Positions 1-7,999 of a stretch of DNA of 64,000 nt are shown here, piece after piece. Under the pieces are notes generated by a model. The model searched no databases. It was not told the origin of the DNA and saw nothing but the letters and a program-made list of their open reading frames with translations. Location: the NCBI GenBank assembly GCA_943358095.1, contig CALRGT010000002.1, positions 32,782 to 96,781 on the forward strand, given 5' to 3'. The first letter of the stretch is position 1, and every line of letters begins with the position of its first letter. The DNA is from an uncultured Candidatus Saccharimonas sp. GTDB taxonomy: Bacteria > Patescibacteriota > Saccharimonadia > Saccharimonadales > AQU-01. Made by a program: the position numbers and the translations under genes.

Positions 1-985
1 CTTTTTCTAGGTTTGGCCAACCGGCAAAGGCAGCGGTTAGCATTAGGACGGTTGATTTGGGGGCGTGGAAGTTCGTTAGCAGAGTATCAACAATTTTAAA
101 TTCGTACCCGGGATAAATAAAAATATTGGCTTCGCCGGAAATCACATTTTCCTCATCTGTTAAGGGTTTAACCCTTAACAGGGGGGAGTTTTGTGATTTG
201 GCTACGTATTCAAGTGTGCGGGCGACAGTCGTGCCAACGGCTAATATTTTACGACCCGAATTTTTGGCCTGACGAATAGCCATTACTGTAGACTTTGGAA
301 TCTCGAAATACTCGCTATGCATTATGTGGTCTTCGATATTATCTGCTCGAATTGGCAGAAATGTTCCAAGCCCAACATGTAGAGTTAGATAGGCGATCTT
401 TCCACCCATTGCGATAATTTTCTTTTCTAGCTCGTGAGTAAAATTAAGTGAAGCGGTTGGAGCGGCGACCGAGCCAGGCAAATTAGCAAATACGGTTTGG
501 TAACGTTCAGTATCGTTTTTGGTGGCATCGCGGCGCATATATGGAGGCAGTGGAACTTTACCCGTTAACTCAGCTAAAGTCAGCAAGTCGTGCTCGCTGG
601 TTATTATCGCGAGTCCACCGTCCAAGATATCAGAAATTGTTATTTTTGTTTTGCCGACCGATAACTGCTCGTCTTTATGGATAGCGCCTCGGTACATTAC
701 TCGGCGCTTATATGGGTCGCTACCAGCGTGCTCCTCAAGTAATAGTAGTTCACGTGGCTGGCCATTGGCGTTAACTGCCAATAGACGTGCTTTTATTACT
801 CTGGTGTCGTTCAGAATAACTAAATCGCCAGGTTCGATGAATTCGTGTAAATCATAATAGTGATGATGGGTGATAGATCCAGATACTTTGTCTAAGACCA
901 GTAATCTGCTGCTACCACGAACTTCTGGCGGGAACTGAGCAATCCGTTCATCGGGCAAATCGTAGGTGTAGTCGCTAATTTTCAT
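1..985 (-). CDS. queA: S-adenosylmethionine:tRNA ribosyltransferase-isomerase (QueA), C-terminus cut by window edge
   Basis: Absent from the ORF track because no stop lies in the window. Manual minus-strand translation from ATG 985-983 gives MKISDYTYDLPDERIAQFPPEVRGSSRLLVLDK...GKVPLPPYMRR...ERYQTVFA...GSVAAPTASLNFT...LHVGLGTFLPIR...VGTTVARTLE...NFHAPKSTVLML, the conserved QueA blocks. Confidence 0.85.
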   Translation of the reverse strand, partial: MKISDYTYDLPDERIAQFPPEVRGSSRLLVLDKVSGSITHHHYYDLHEFIEPGDLVILNDTRVIKARLLAVNANGQPRELLLLEEHAGSDPYKRRVMYRGAIHKDEQLSVGKTKITISDILDGGLAIITSEHDLLTLAELTGKVPLPPYMRRDATKNDTERYQTVFANLPGSVAAPTASLNFTHELEKKIIAMGGKIAYLTLHVGLGTFLPIRADNIEDHIMHSEYFEIPKSTVMAIRQAKNSGRKILAVGTTVARTLEYVAKSQNSPLLRVKPLTDEENVISGEANIFIYPGYEFKIVDTLLTNFHAPKSTVLMLTAAFAGWPNLEK

Positions 986-1077
986 ACTGACCTATTTTAC
1001 ACCTTAATATTGCCAGCTCATAACAAATAACATCTTGGCTACTGTTAGATAACGGCCTCATCTGCTAACATAAGCGT

Positions 1078-1788
1078 ATGTGGGAAATAGATAACAATCA
1101 ATTATACAAAGAATTTAGTTTTAAGAATTTTCGTGAGGCCTTTAAGTTTATGGAGGCCGTAGCTGAGTTGGCTGAGCAGCAGCAACACCATCCAAAATGG
1201 CAGAATGAATGGAATAAGGTCGGTATTTGGCTGTCTACACACGAAGCTGGCGATACTATTACCAACAAAGATCATCATCTTGCTGAGACAATTGACGCAG
1301 CTTATAACAGATTGATTCAGACGAAATTCGTAGAGCAAAACACAACGTTATCGCCAGCTGAAATAGGCAAGGATATTGAAATTAAATTGTATGCAGATGG
1401 TGGTTCTAGGGGTAATCCTGGTCCTTCTGCGGCCGGTTTTGTCTTATTAGATATGCACGACGAAGTTATCTTTAAGAACGGTTTATATCTGGGAGTTACC
1501 ACTAATAATCAGGCAGAATACCAGGCTCTAAAGCTTGGCCTAGATGAGGCGCATAAACGGGGTGCTCAAGAGGTGCATGTGTTCCTCGACAGCCTCTTAG
1601 TAATCAACCAGATGAAGGGCATATTTAAGATTAAAAACCGTGATTTATGGCCGATACACCAATCTATCGTTGATCAGCTTAAAAACTTCAAAAAGGTTAA
1701 TTTTACTCATGTACCGAGAGAGTTTAATCAGTTAGCTGACCGTATGGTTAACGATATTTTGAATGATACTGACCTAAAAGCCGTTTAA
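1078..1788 (+). CDS. Fusion protein: N-terminal pterin-4a-carbinolamine dehydratase (PCD/DCoH)-like domain plus C-terminal RNase HI-like domain
   Basis: The 236-aa ORF starts with EFSFKNFREAFKFMEAVAELAEQQQHHPKWQNEWNKVGIWLSTHEAGD-ITNKDHHLAETID, the PCD pattern (HHP...TH...D..LA). The C-terminal half reads LYADGGSRGNPGPSAAG...NNQAEYQALKLGL...VFLDSLLVINQ...NQLADRMVN, the RNase H D-E-D-D residues. A TGn-TAACAT -10 box lies at 1063-1071, 6 nt before the ATG. Confidence 0.8.
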   Translation: MWEIDNNQLYKEFSFKNFREAFKFMEAVAELAEQQQHHPKWQNEWNKVGIWLSTHEAGDTITNKDHHLAETIDAAYNRLIQTKFVEQNTTLSPAEIGKDIEIKLYADGGSRGNPGPSAAGFVLLDMHDEVIFKNGLYLGVTTNNQAEYQALKLGLDEAHKRGAQEVHVFLDSLLVINQMKGIFKIKNRDLWPIHQSIVDQLKNFKKVNFTHVPREFNQLADRMVNDILNDTDLKAV

Positions 1789-1831
1789 TATATCTATTGC
1801 GCTTTAGGTTTAAAAGTGGGATAATGTATTA

Positions 1832-2199
1832 GCCAGATAATCGACTGATCGACGGACTATTGGCAACAATGGTCGGTAGGAAAGTCCGGGCAACACAGGG
1901 AAGTACTGTCGCTAACGGCGACCGGGGGCAACCCTAGGGAAAGTGCCACAGAAACTAAACCGCCTAAGCAGTCGAAAGACTGACGGTAAGGATGAAACGA
2001 GTGAGGTAAGAGCTCACAGCATCTCATGGTGACATGAGACGAAGGTAAACCCAGTACGTTGCAAGGAGATATGTCTCACACAGGCGTCCCGCCGAGGCAA
2101 TTCACAAAACCCGCTCGAGCCTAAGAGCAATTTTAGGCCTAGATAGATGATCAGAACTCGCGCAAACGAGGACAGAACCCGGCTTACAGATCATCTGGC
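1832..2199 (+). ncRNA. rnpB: RNase P RNA, bacterial type A
   Basis: Contains the universal blocks GGAAAGTCCGGGC (1879-1891), AGGGAAAGTGCCACAGAAA, GGTAAGGATGAAA..GGTAAGAGC and ACAGAACCCGGCTTA (2172-2186). The P1 stem pairs 1832-1842 with 2189-2199. An extended -10 (GTGGGATAAT) sits just upstream. Confidence 0.9.
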
Positions 2200-2205
2200 A
2201 TATAT

Positions 2206-2237
2206 AAAAACACCGCCCCTAAAAGGCGGTGTTTTTC
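2206..2237. terminator. Bidirectional intrinsic terminator between rnpB and rplT
   Basis: Stem CACCGCC (2211-2217) pairs with GGCGGTG (2225-2231). It is flanked by an A5 run on the left and a T5 run on the right. Confidence 0.8.
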
Positions 2238-2270
2238 TTAGTACTTCAATGCTATCAACTATGAATGGGT

Positions 2271-2615
2271 CTATTTGTTGGTAGCTTTGACTACTGCTTC
2301 AAAAGATTTCGGCTCATTAACAGCTAGTTCAGCTAGGATCTTGCGATCTAGAATGATGTTAGCGGTTTTTAGGGCAGCAATTAATCGGCTGTAAGTAGTG
2401 TCGTGTAGGCGAGCAGCTGCATTAATACGAGCATTCCATACTTGTCGGAATGTTCGCTTGCGGTTGCGTCGGTCGCGATAAGCGTGCTGCAATGACTTTG
2501 TAACAGCTTGGCGACCTCTTTTAATACTGCTACGGTTGCCTCTAGTGAAGCCCTTAGTAGCTTTGCGAATCTTCTGGTGTCTGGCGTGACTAGTGACGCC
2601 TCGTTTAACTCTCAT
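2271..2615 (-). CDS. rplT: 50S ribosomal protein L20
   Basis: The ORF MRVKRGVTSHARHQKIRKATKGFTRGNRSS...AYRDRRNRKRTFRQVWNARINAAAR is a typical L20. Operon order is infC-rpmI-rplT. Confidence 0.95.
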   Translation of the reverse strand: MRVKRGVTSHARHQKIRKATKGFTRGNRSSIKRGRQAVTKSLQHAYRDRRNRKRTFRQVWNARINAAARLHDTTYSRLIAALKTANIILDRKILAELAVNEPKSFEAVVKATNK

Positions 2616-2810
2616 CTATACTCCCATTCTTGTCTTGATATTTCGTGCAAATTTACCGACGATCTGTTCAGTGCCAGCTAATTTACGCTTACGAGCTGCA
2701 CTCTTCTTCTGCAAGAAGTGACTGCGCATCGAATGACGGCGTAGTACTTTGCCGTTCTTGGTGATTTTGATGCGGTCTTTTGTGCCGCTGTGTGACTTAA
2801 GCTTTGGCAT
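2616..2810 (-). CDS. rpmI: 50S ribosomal protein L35
   Basis: The ORF MPKLKSHSGTKDRIKITKNGKVLRRHSMRSHFLQKKS is a typical L35. It abuts the rplT start. Confidence 0.95.
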   Translation of the reverse strand: MPKLKSHSGTKDRIKITKNGKVLRRHSMRSHFLQKKSAARKRKLAGTEQIVGKFARNIKTRMGV

Positions 2811-3351
2811 TTTTCTTCTCCTGGTTTAGGTTAGGTAAGGCTTTGCCTGTACCTCTTATTACGAATGATAATTGTCGTCCGGCGAGTGATGGTGATTGTT
2901 CAACCACTATGCTGTCCCCGAACATCTCGATCACTTTAGCCGCAAGTTTATAACCTAGTTCCTGGTGAGCCATTTCGCGGCCCTTGTACCAAACTCCGAT
3001 TTTAACCTTGTGACCAGCTTCCAAGAAGCTTGTAACCTTGCGCAATTTGACGGCTAAATCGTTTTCGCCAATCTTGAGACCGAAGCGCATTTGCTTTATC
3101 TCAACCACTTTGACGTTGCGTTTATTCTTCTGAAGCTGCTTTGTGCGCTGGTAGTTAAACTTGCCCCAATCGACAATTTTAGCTACTGGTGGGCTGGCGT
3201 CAGGTGAAATCTCCACCAAATCCAGTCCTGCTTCTTCTGCCAAACGTAAAGCTTCACCTTTCGACATGACGCCAAGTAATTTGCCGTCTTCGTCCACTAC
3301 ACGTAGTTGTGACGCCTGAATAAGATGGTTCAGACGAGTCGGTTTAGCGAT
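2797..3351 (-). CDS. infC: Translation initiation factor IF-3, probable non-AUG (AUC) start
   Basis: The ORF track starts at GTG 3297 (MDEDGKLLGV...). The frame stays open upstream and encodes IAKPTRLNHLIQASQLRVVDEDG, the conserved IF-3 N-terminal segment. ATC at 3351-3349 is preceded by AAGGAG with a 9-nt spacing. The IF-3 domains (KIVDWGKFNYQ..., VKIGVWYKGREMAH) are clear. Confidence 0.85.
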   Translation of the reverse strand: MAKPTRLNHLIQASQLRVVDEDGKLLGVMSKGEALRLAEEAGLDLVEISPDASPPVAKIVDWGKFNYQRTKQLQKNKRNVKVVEIKQMRFGLKIGENDLAVKLRKVTSFLEAGHKVKIGVWYKGREMAHQELGYKLAAKVIEMFGDSIVVEQSPSLAGRQLSFVIRGTGKALPNLNQEKKNAKA

Positions 3352-3387
3352 AAGTTCGTTCTCCTTGCTATCATTTAGGTTCGTCCC

Positions 3388-3416
3388 ATTATAACAGAGA
3401 GAACATCAGAGGTCAA
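3388..3416 (-). promoter_or_regulatory. Sigma-70-type promoter of the infC-rpmI-rplT operon
   Basis: The minus strand reads TTGACC, then a 17-nt spacer, then TATAAT. On the plus strand these are ggtcaa 3411-3416 and attata 3388-3393. Confidence 0.6.
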
Positions 3417-3495
3417 CCTCATCTTGTTACTTTTGATTAGCTTAAGACATTAAACCATTAGCAGTTTATTGTTCTTTTTTAAAAAGAATGAACTT

Positions 3496-3988
3496 TGCCA
3501 CTTTTGTCTCGGACAATAGCTTACCGTTACTTTTGTTTCGGCAAAAGTAACACAAAACCGAGGGGCGATGTCTACTTCTTGATACAGTCTCCAGTCAAGC
3601 CTGACAACTGCCTGCGGAACTAGGCCCGCTCTATTATTCTCCGGAGGGCGGGCCGTCAAACAGTCCTCGGCTGATAGTTGTCAGTTTGACGAGACATGTA
3701 TCAGGAAGCAGCCAAGCCCCATCTAAGACCATGGAATGATTGCTAAAGACAATCATAATTTTATATATTGCCCGCCTCCAGCGGGCATCCATGGTCTTTG
3801 GTGGGGCTTGGCGACTACCCGAAATAGATTCCGACAAGAGCACAACAACACTACCTGCCGAGGACTGTCTGAAGATGCGAATGCATCAAGTTCCGCAGGC
3901 TGTGTTGTGCTCCTTGTTCGGAAGCTATATCGAGTTGGCGACACCGCCCCTCGGTTTTGCGCCATCTTTTGCCGAGACAAAAGTGGCA
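3496..3988. repeat. 493-bp imperfect inverted repeat forming a rod-like multi-helix structure (candidate structured RNA; strand unknown)
   Basis: Long-range complementary blocks: 3496-3512/3972-3988 (17/17), 3553-3572/3940-3959 (19/20), 3610-3621/3889-3900 (12/12), 3660-3671/3857-3868 (12/12), 3711-3735/3788-3812 (23/25). Apical hairpins lie at 3736-3756 and 3770-3786. Only short mutually overlapping ORFs occur here. Confidence 0.85.
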
Positions 3989-4004
3989 TAAGAAACAATT
4001 TTTA

Positions 4005-5531
4005 TTAAAAGGTAACAGTACGTTTTCGGTATTGCAAAGCCTCCGCCATATGAGCCGAAGTAATAAACTCAGAAGATTCTAAATCTGCAATAGTCCGAGC
4101 CACCTTGATAGACTTCATATAATGCCGAGCCGAAATCTGCAGCCGCGAAGCCGCCTGGTTAAGCAGTTCCTGTGCCTCAGAAGAGAGTAGGCCGATCTTT
4201 TTAATATCTTGATTGGTCATATCGCTGTTAGTCTTGGTAGTAGTCTGGAATCGTTCAGTCTGCCGAGCTCGAGCTAAAACCACCCGATCGGCAATTTCGG
4301 CGCTGGATTCTTGGTCGTCACTGGTTAGTAACTTGGCGTGAACCACCTCATCAACATCAACATACATATCAATTCGATCGATAATTGGCCCAGATAATTT
4401 GCGTTGGTAATTAGTTATTTGGTGAGGCATGCAGCTACATTCATGGCTGGTGCCGTAGTATCCGCAGGGGCAGGGGTTGGCGGTTGCGACTAGGATAAAA
4501 TGTGCCGGAAAGATAAGGCTATCACGTGCTCGCGCCACACTTATTATTTTGTCTTCGAGCGGCTGTCGTAGAGCTTCAATCGTGGCTCTACCAAATTCTG
4601 GCAACTCATCCAAGAATAATATTCCTCTGTGGGCTAAACTAATTTCGCCAGGGCGAGGATATTGACCACCTCCAATTATAGATATATCGCTCGCACTATG
4701 ATGCGGCGAACGAAATGGTCTGCTGTGAATAATTACATCGTATTGTTTGCTAGCTAGGCTGTGAAGATGAGTTACTTCGAGCATTTCTTCTGGGCTGAGC
4801 GCAGGCAGGATGGTCGGCAAGGCTTTGGCTAGCATGCTTTTACCGGTGCCTGGCGGTCCGTTTAGCAGAACATTGTGTGAGCCGGCGGCAGCTATTTCGA
4901 GCGCACGCTTGGCTCTGTGTTGGCCCACAACATACTTAAAGTCGCTGCTATTACTATCTCCCGGCGACGATTTAGCACGTCCGGTGGTTCCGTTATTGGT
5001 GGCGATAGATTTTAAGCTGACAGTATTATTTAGGTGTAGATAAATATCACGGATATTCTGAACGGGGATAATGGTTATATTTGGCACTAGTAGAGCTTGG
5101 CGAGCGTTACCGTAGGGAATATAAAATATATCAAAGCCCAGCTCACGCCCGGCCAGTAATTTGCCGATAATGCCTCGGACTGGGCGAACGCTACCGTTAA
5201 GTGCGAGCTCGCCAATCATTAAAGTATTGTCGCCAAGTGCTTGGCTGGTCTGGCTGCCGGCGATTAGGATTGCTGTAGCTATAGCTAGATCAAAACTCGT
5301 GCTGTCTTTTGGAATATCTGCAGGAGCTAGATTAACAGTAATTCGCTTCTTTGGTAATTTAAGTTCAGCATTAGTAAATGCGCCGCGCAACCTCTCCTTG
5401 GCTTCATCGACAGCCTTATTAGCCAGTCCGACGATGATAATGCTTGGTAGGCCGTTAGATAAGTGGCATTCCACATCTATTACTACTCCAGTTGAACCCG
5501 ATTCAATAACGCTTTGTACGGTCGCACTCAT
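4005..5531 (-). CDS. comM: Mg-chelatase-like ATPase, YifB/ComM family
   Basis: The 508-aa ORF has an N-terminal Lon-protease-like fold region, Walker A LLNGPPGTGKSMLAK, Walker B ILFLDELPEF and the C-terminal ChlI-like region (PCPCGYYG...). This is the typical YifB/ComM architecture. Confidence 0.85.
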   Translation of the reverse strand: MSATVQSVIESGSTGVVIDVECHLSNGLPSIIIVGLANKAVDEAKERLRGAFTNAELKLPKKRITVNLAPADIPKDSTSFDLAIATAILIAGSQTSQALGDNTLMIGELALNGSVRPVRGIIGKLLAGRELGFDIFYIPYGNARQALLVPNITIIPVQNIRDIYLHLNNTVSLKSIATNNGTTGRAKSSPGDSNSSDFKYVVGQHRAKRALEIAAAGSHNVLLNGPPGTGKSMLAKALPTILPALSPEEMLEVTHLHSLASKQYDVIIHSRPFRSPHHSASDISIIGGGQYPRPGEISLAHRGILFLDELPEFGRATIEALRQPLEDKIISVARARDSLIFPAHFILVATANPCPCGYYGTSHECSCMPHQITNYQRKLSGPIIDRIDMYVDVDEVVHAKLLTSDDQESSAEIADRVVLARARQTERFQTTTKTNSDMTNQDIKKIGLLSSEAQELLNQAASRLQISARHYMKSIKVARTIADLESSEFITSAHMAEALQYRKRTVTF

Positions 5532-5631
5532 GTTAGCCTCATTTCTAATTGAATAGTGTAGGGCAGAGAGGACTAAAAAATTATGAATAAAAGCTTACAA
5601 AGTTATTAGCGGAATGCTAGTCTCTACAAAG

Positions 5632-5662
5632 AAAAACCCGCCTATTTGTGGCGGGGTTTTCT
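5632..5662. terminator. Intrinsic-terminator-like hairpin (bidirectional) with no CDS on either side
   Basis: CCCGCC (5637-5642) pairs with GGCGGG (5650-5655). An A-run precedes it and a T-run (GTTTTCTT) follows. Confidence 0.5.
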
Positions 5663-7118
5663 TGGGTGATGAGTTTTGGTGTGTGTTTGATTTTGTTATT
5701 AGAACTAATTGTTTTTATGGAACAACGGCTTGCGATAAGCCGTTGTTACTGAAGACGTTTTTGTTTTTGAGCACCTTTTTTATTCAGTGCTATTTATATC
5801 CTATACATTGTCTTTTTAGCTGTCAACATGTTTGTGGTTAAAATAGCAAATAAAGCTGTGCATAACTATATTAACAGGGGTGAGAATTGGCTAAAAATAT
5901 AGTCATAGTCATTAGGTTTTGGCGAACTATTCGGCACAGGCAGCAAAATTGACTATAAAGAGCTATTCTTAACGATCATCAATGATTTTTAATAATTATT
6001 GCGGCTGAAATAGCTAAATAGGTCACAAATTATTAATAGACTGTAAGGTTGGCGGGCGGGGGATTAGATCGTCTGTTTGCCAAAACATACTAAACAGTCG
6101 CTCCGGTATCTGTTAGAGCGATTTTAAGCCCTTATAGCGCGGGTTAATACGAATAATGACCCAGTTAATCGCTTGCGAGCAGATTATGAGTGTATTGCCT
6201 GAGATTATTGATATGAATGGTCTATATAGTCTAGCAAGCCAATACGTACGGCTGAGCTATGCAGCATGTGAGGCTTATTTATGCAGAACCTAAAGGCTAG
6301 ATTAGCAGCCAGAATAGTCCAGTTTAGGCCAAAAATTTACTTTATAAAGTGCCCATAATCCAGGTATAAAAATACGTAAATTCAAGCACTCAGAAGCCTT
6401 AAATTATACATAAATTGAGTGTTTATGTGGTCTAATACCAGGCATTAATCACCAAATAATGCGCTCTAAATCCAATTTCACGGCGTCTAAAACTAGCTGA
6501 AATAAATCTCATTGCTTGGGTCTGTGTTCAGGCTATGTTCGTATTCTGTGCATATATTTTGAGAATTACCGTTGTCATATTAATAACAGCTAGGATGCTA
6601 TATTTCATTTATTCAGAACACCCGCTTACACTGTATAGTTGTTATAATTACATTATAATCGTATTGACATAAGCGTAATAATTTAGTACTGTAGGTGAGG
6701 TAATTTACGAGAATATTACCAAAAGTAACTGCTCCAGTTACACCTCGCTCCGAGTGCTGAAAAGCATAAAGAGCGGTCAGTCAAAAAAGCCAAAGGACGG
6801 TAACTGCCATACATTTTATATTGGGCGGATTTACCGTCCGGCTTCCAAGATTTTATAACGCATCTCGTAGTACGAATTGTCCGCAAAAAGTAAAACAAAA
6901 AAAGTGAGAAAAATATGTCTACACATAAATCAAAACATCAAGATTTTATCAACGAACACACGATCACAAATAGACGATTTTAGTCCCAGAGTTTTTCGGG
7001 GTAGTTATTTTGTTCGTGGACGATTTTGATAGTTTGTGAGGACTGCAGGGATACGATTGCCTTATCGGGAGGAACGGCGGAAACATACAAGAACAGTAGA
7101 AAAGGGGAGGGTTTAGAG

Positions 7119-7472
7119 TTGAAACGAAGACTAGTCAAAAAGTTAACAATACCAGTGCTGCTTTACGGCGGCATTGTTTTGTTTATGTTTAGTACTGATC
7201 CGACCAAACTTGCCATCGGCTGGCTGGTTCTTCCATTTCTATGGATATTTATAACCTTGCTTTGGTCTTTTATTAAATTGTTTACAGAGATAATGCACCG
7301 GGACAAGTCGCCAAGGACCATTATTCTATCTGTATTTTGTGCTGGAATGCCGACTTTAGTATTGTTGCTGGACTCAATTAGTCAGTTGACCATAAGAGAC
7401 GTCATGCTTATTTTTGTTTTTGGGCTTGTTGGATATTTCTATGTTTCTAAGCTTGATTTACGTTTAAGCTAG
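7119..7472 (+). CDS. Small polytopic membrane protein (about 4 TM), unknown function
   Basis: The ORF track starts at 7026. I prefer TTG 7119, which is preceded by AAAGGGGAGGG with a 7-nt spacing. The product MKRRLVKKLTIPVLLYGGIVLFMF... is hydrophobic throughout. Confidence 0.55.
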   Translation: MKRRLVKKLTIPVLLYGGIVLFMFSTDPTKLAIGWLVLPFLWIFITLLWSFIKLFTEIMHRDKSPRTIILSVFCAGMPTLVLLLDSISQLTIRDVMLIFVFGLVGYFYVSKLDLRLS

Positions 7473-7549
7473 TGCTTTTGTCTACATATATACAAAATTA
7501 GCCTTTTTATGTCGTTTTGACGACATGCTTCTGCTATAATTTAAGCCAT

Positions 7550-7984
7550 ATGGACCCGACACAAGACCCTAATCAGGCGGAGGAGGACTCGCTAACTAAC
7601 CTACCAGAGGTTATGGCTATAAAGGCGCAGGCAGCTTCCGCTATACATCAAACACCGGCTACTCCTGATGAGACTGTAGTCGAACCTAATAAAACTCAAG
7701 AAGCAAATAATCTTGTCGATAAGGTTAATGACGAAATTCAGATAAGTTCGGCAAAAAACGCCGTAGATTTAGCGACAAAAGTCCCTGGATCTTCCTATCA
7801 CCCAGATAGTCCAGCTGTGGCAGACGATAACGACTTGATAGAACAAGAGTGGGTGCATAAAGCAAAGGCAATTGTCGAGCGGACTCATGATGATCCTTAC
7901 CTGCAGAATAAAGAGATAAACCAGTTCAAGGCAGACTACATTGGTAAGCGATATAAGCGTGAGATTAAAGTCGATGAATCTTAA
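7550..7984 (+). CDS. Acidic hypothetical protein, unknown function
   Basis: The ORF track starts at 7517. I prefer ATG 7550, which lies 9 nt after TGC-TATAAT (7532-7540). The product is MDPTQDPNQAEEDS...EQEWVHKAKAIVERTHDDPYLQNKEINQFKADYIGKRYK. Confidence 0.5.
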   Translation: MDPTQDPNQAEEDSLTNLPEVMAIKAQAASAIHQTPATPDETVVEPNKTQEANNLVDKVNDEIQISSAKNAVDLATKVPGSSYHPDSPAVADDNDLIEQEWVHKAKAIVERTHDDPYLQNKEINQFKADYIGKRYKREIKVDES

Positions 7985-7999
7985 GAAAAGTAGTCAGTT

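Noticed and set aside
3704-3716. A 13-nt identity (GGAAGCAGCCAAG) to the helix-8 3' strand of E. coli 4.5S/SRP RNA inside the rod-like element, with a GUCAG 22 nt upstream. I considered calling the element an unusual SRP RNA.
   Set aside because: The 5' side of the symmetric loop would read CAGU instead of the invariant CAGG context. No GNRA-type tetraloop hairpin can be drawn between the two strands. The flanking sequence does not pair as helix 5/8. In the global fold the motif is used in a different helix. It is worth a cmscan with RF00169/RF01854, but I cannot support the call.
3450-4008. Five overlapping small ORFs (69-90 aa) on both strands within the 493-nt palindrome.
   Set aside because: They mutually overlap in different frames and strands and arise from the symmetry of the inverted repeat. 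They have no start-site signals and produce improbable Arg/Cys/Trp-rich peptides.
5614-6898. ORFs 5614-5841 (+) and 6716-6898 (-) in the AT-rich spacer.
   Set aside because: The first spans two hairpin/terminator structures and encodes a Cys/Phe-rich peptide. The second has no RBS or promoter geometry and encodes a Cys/Arg/Trp-rich peptide. Neither looks coding.
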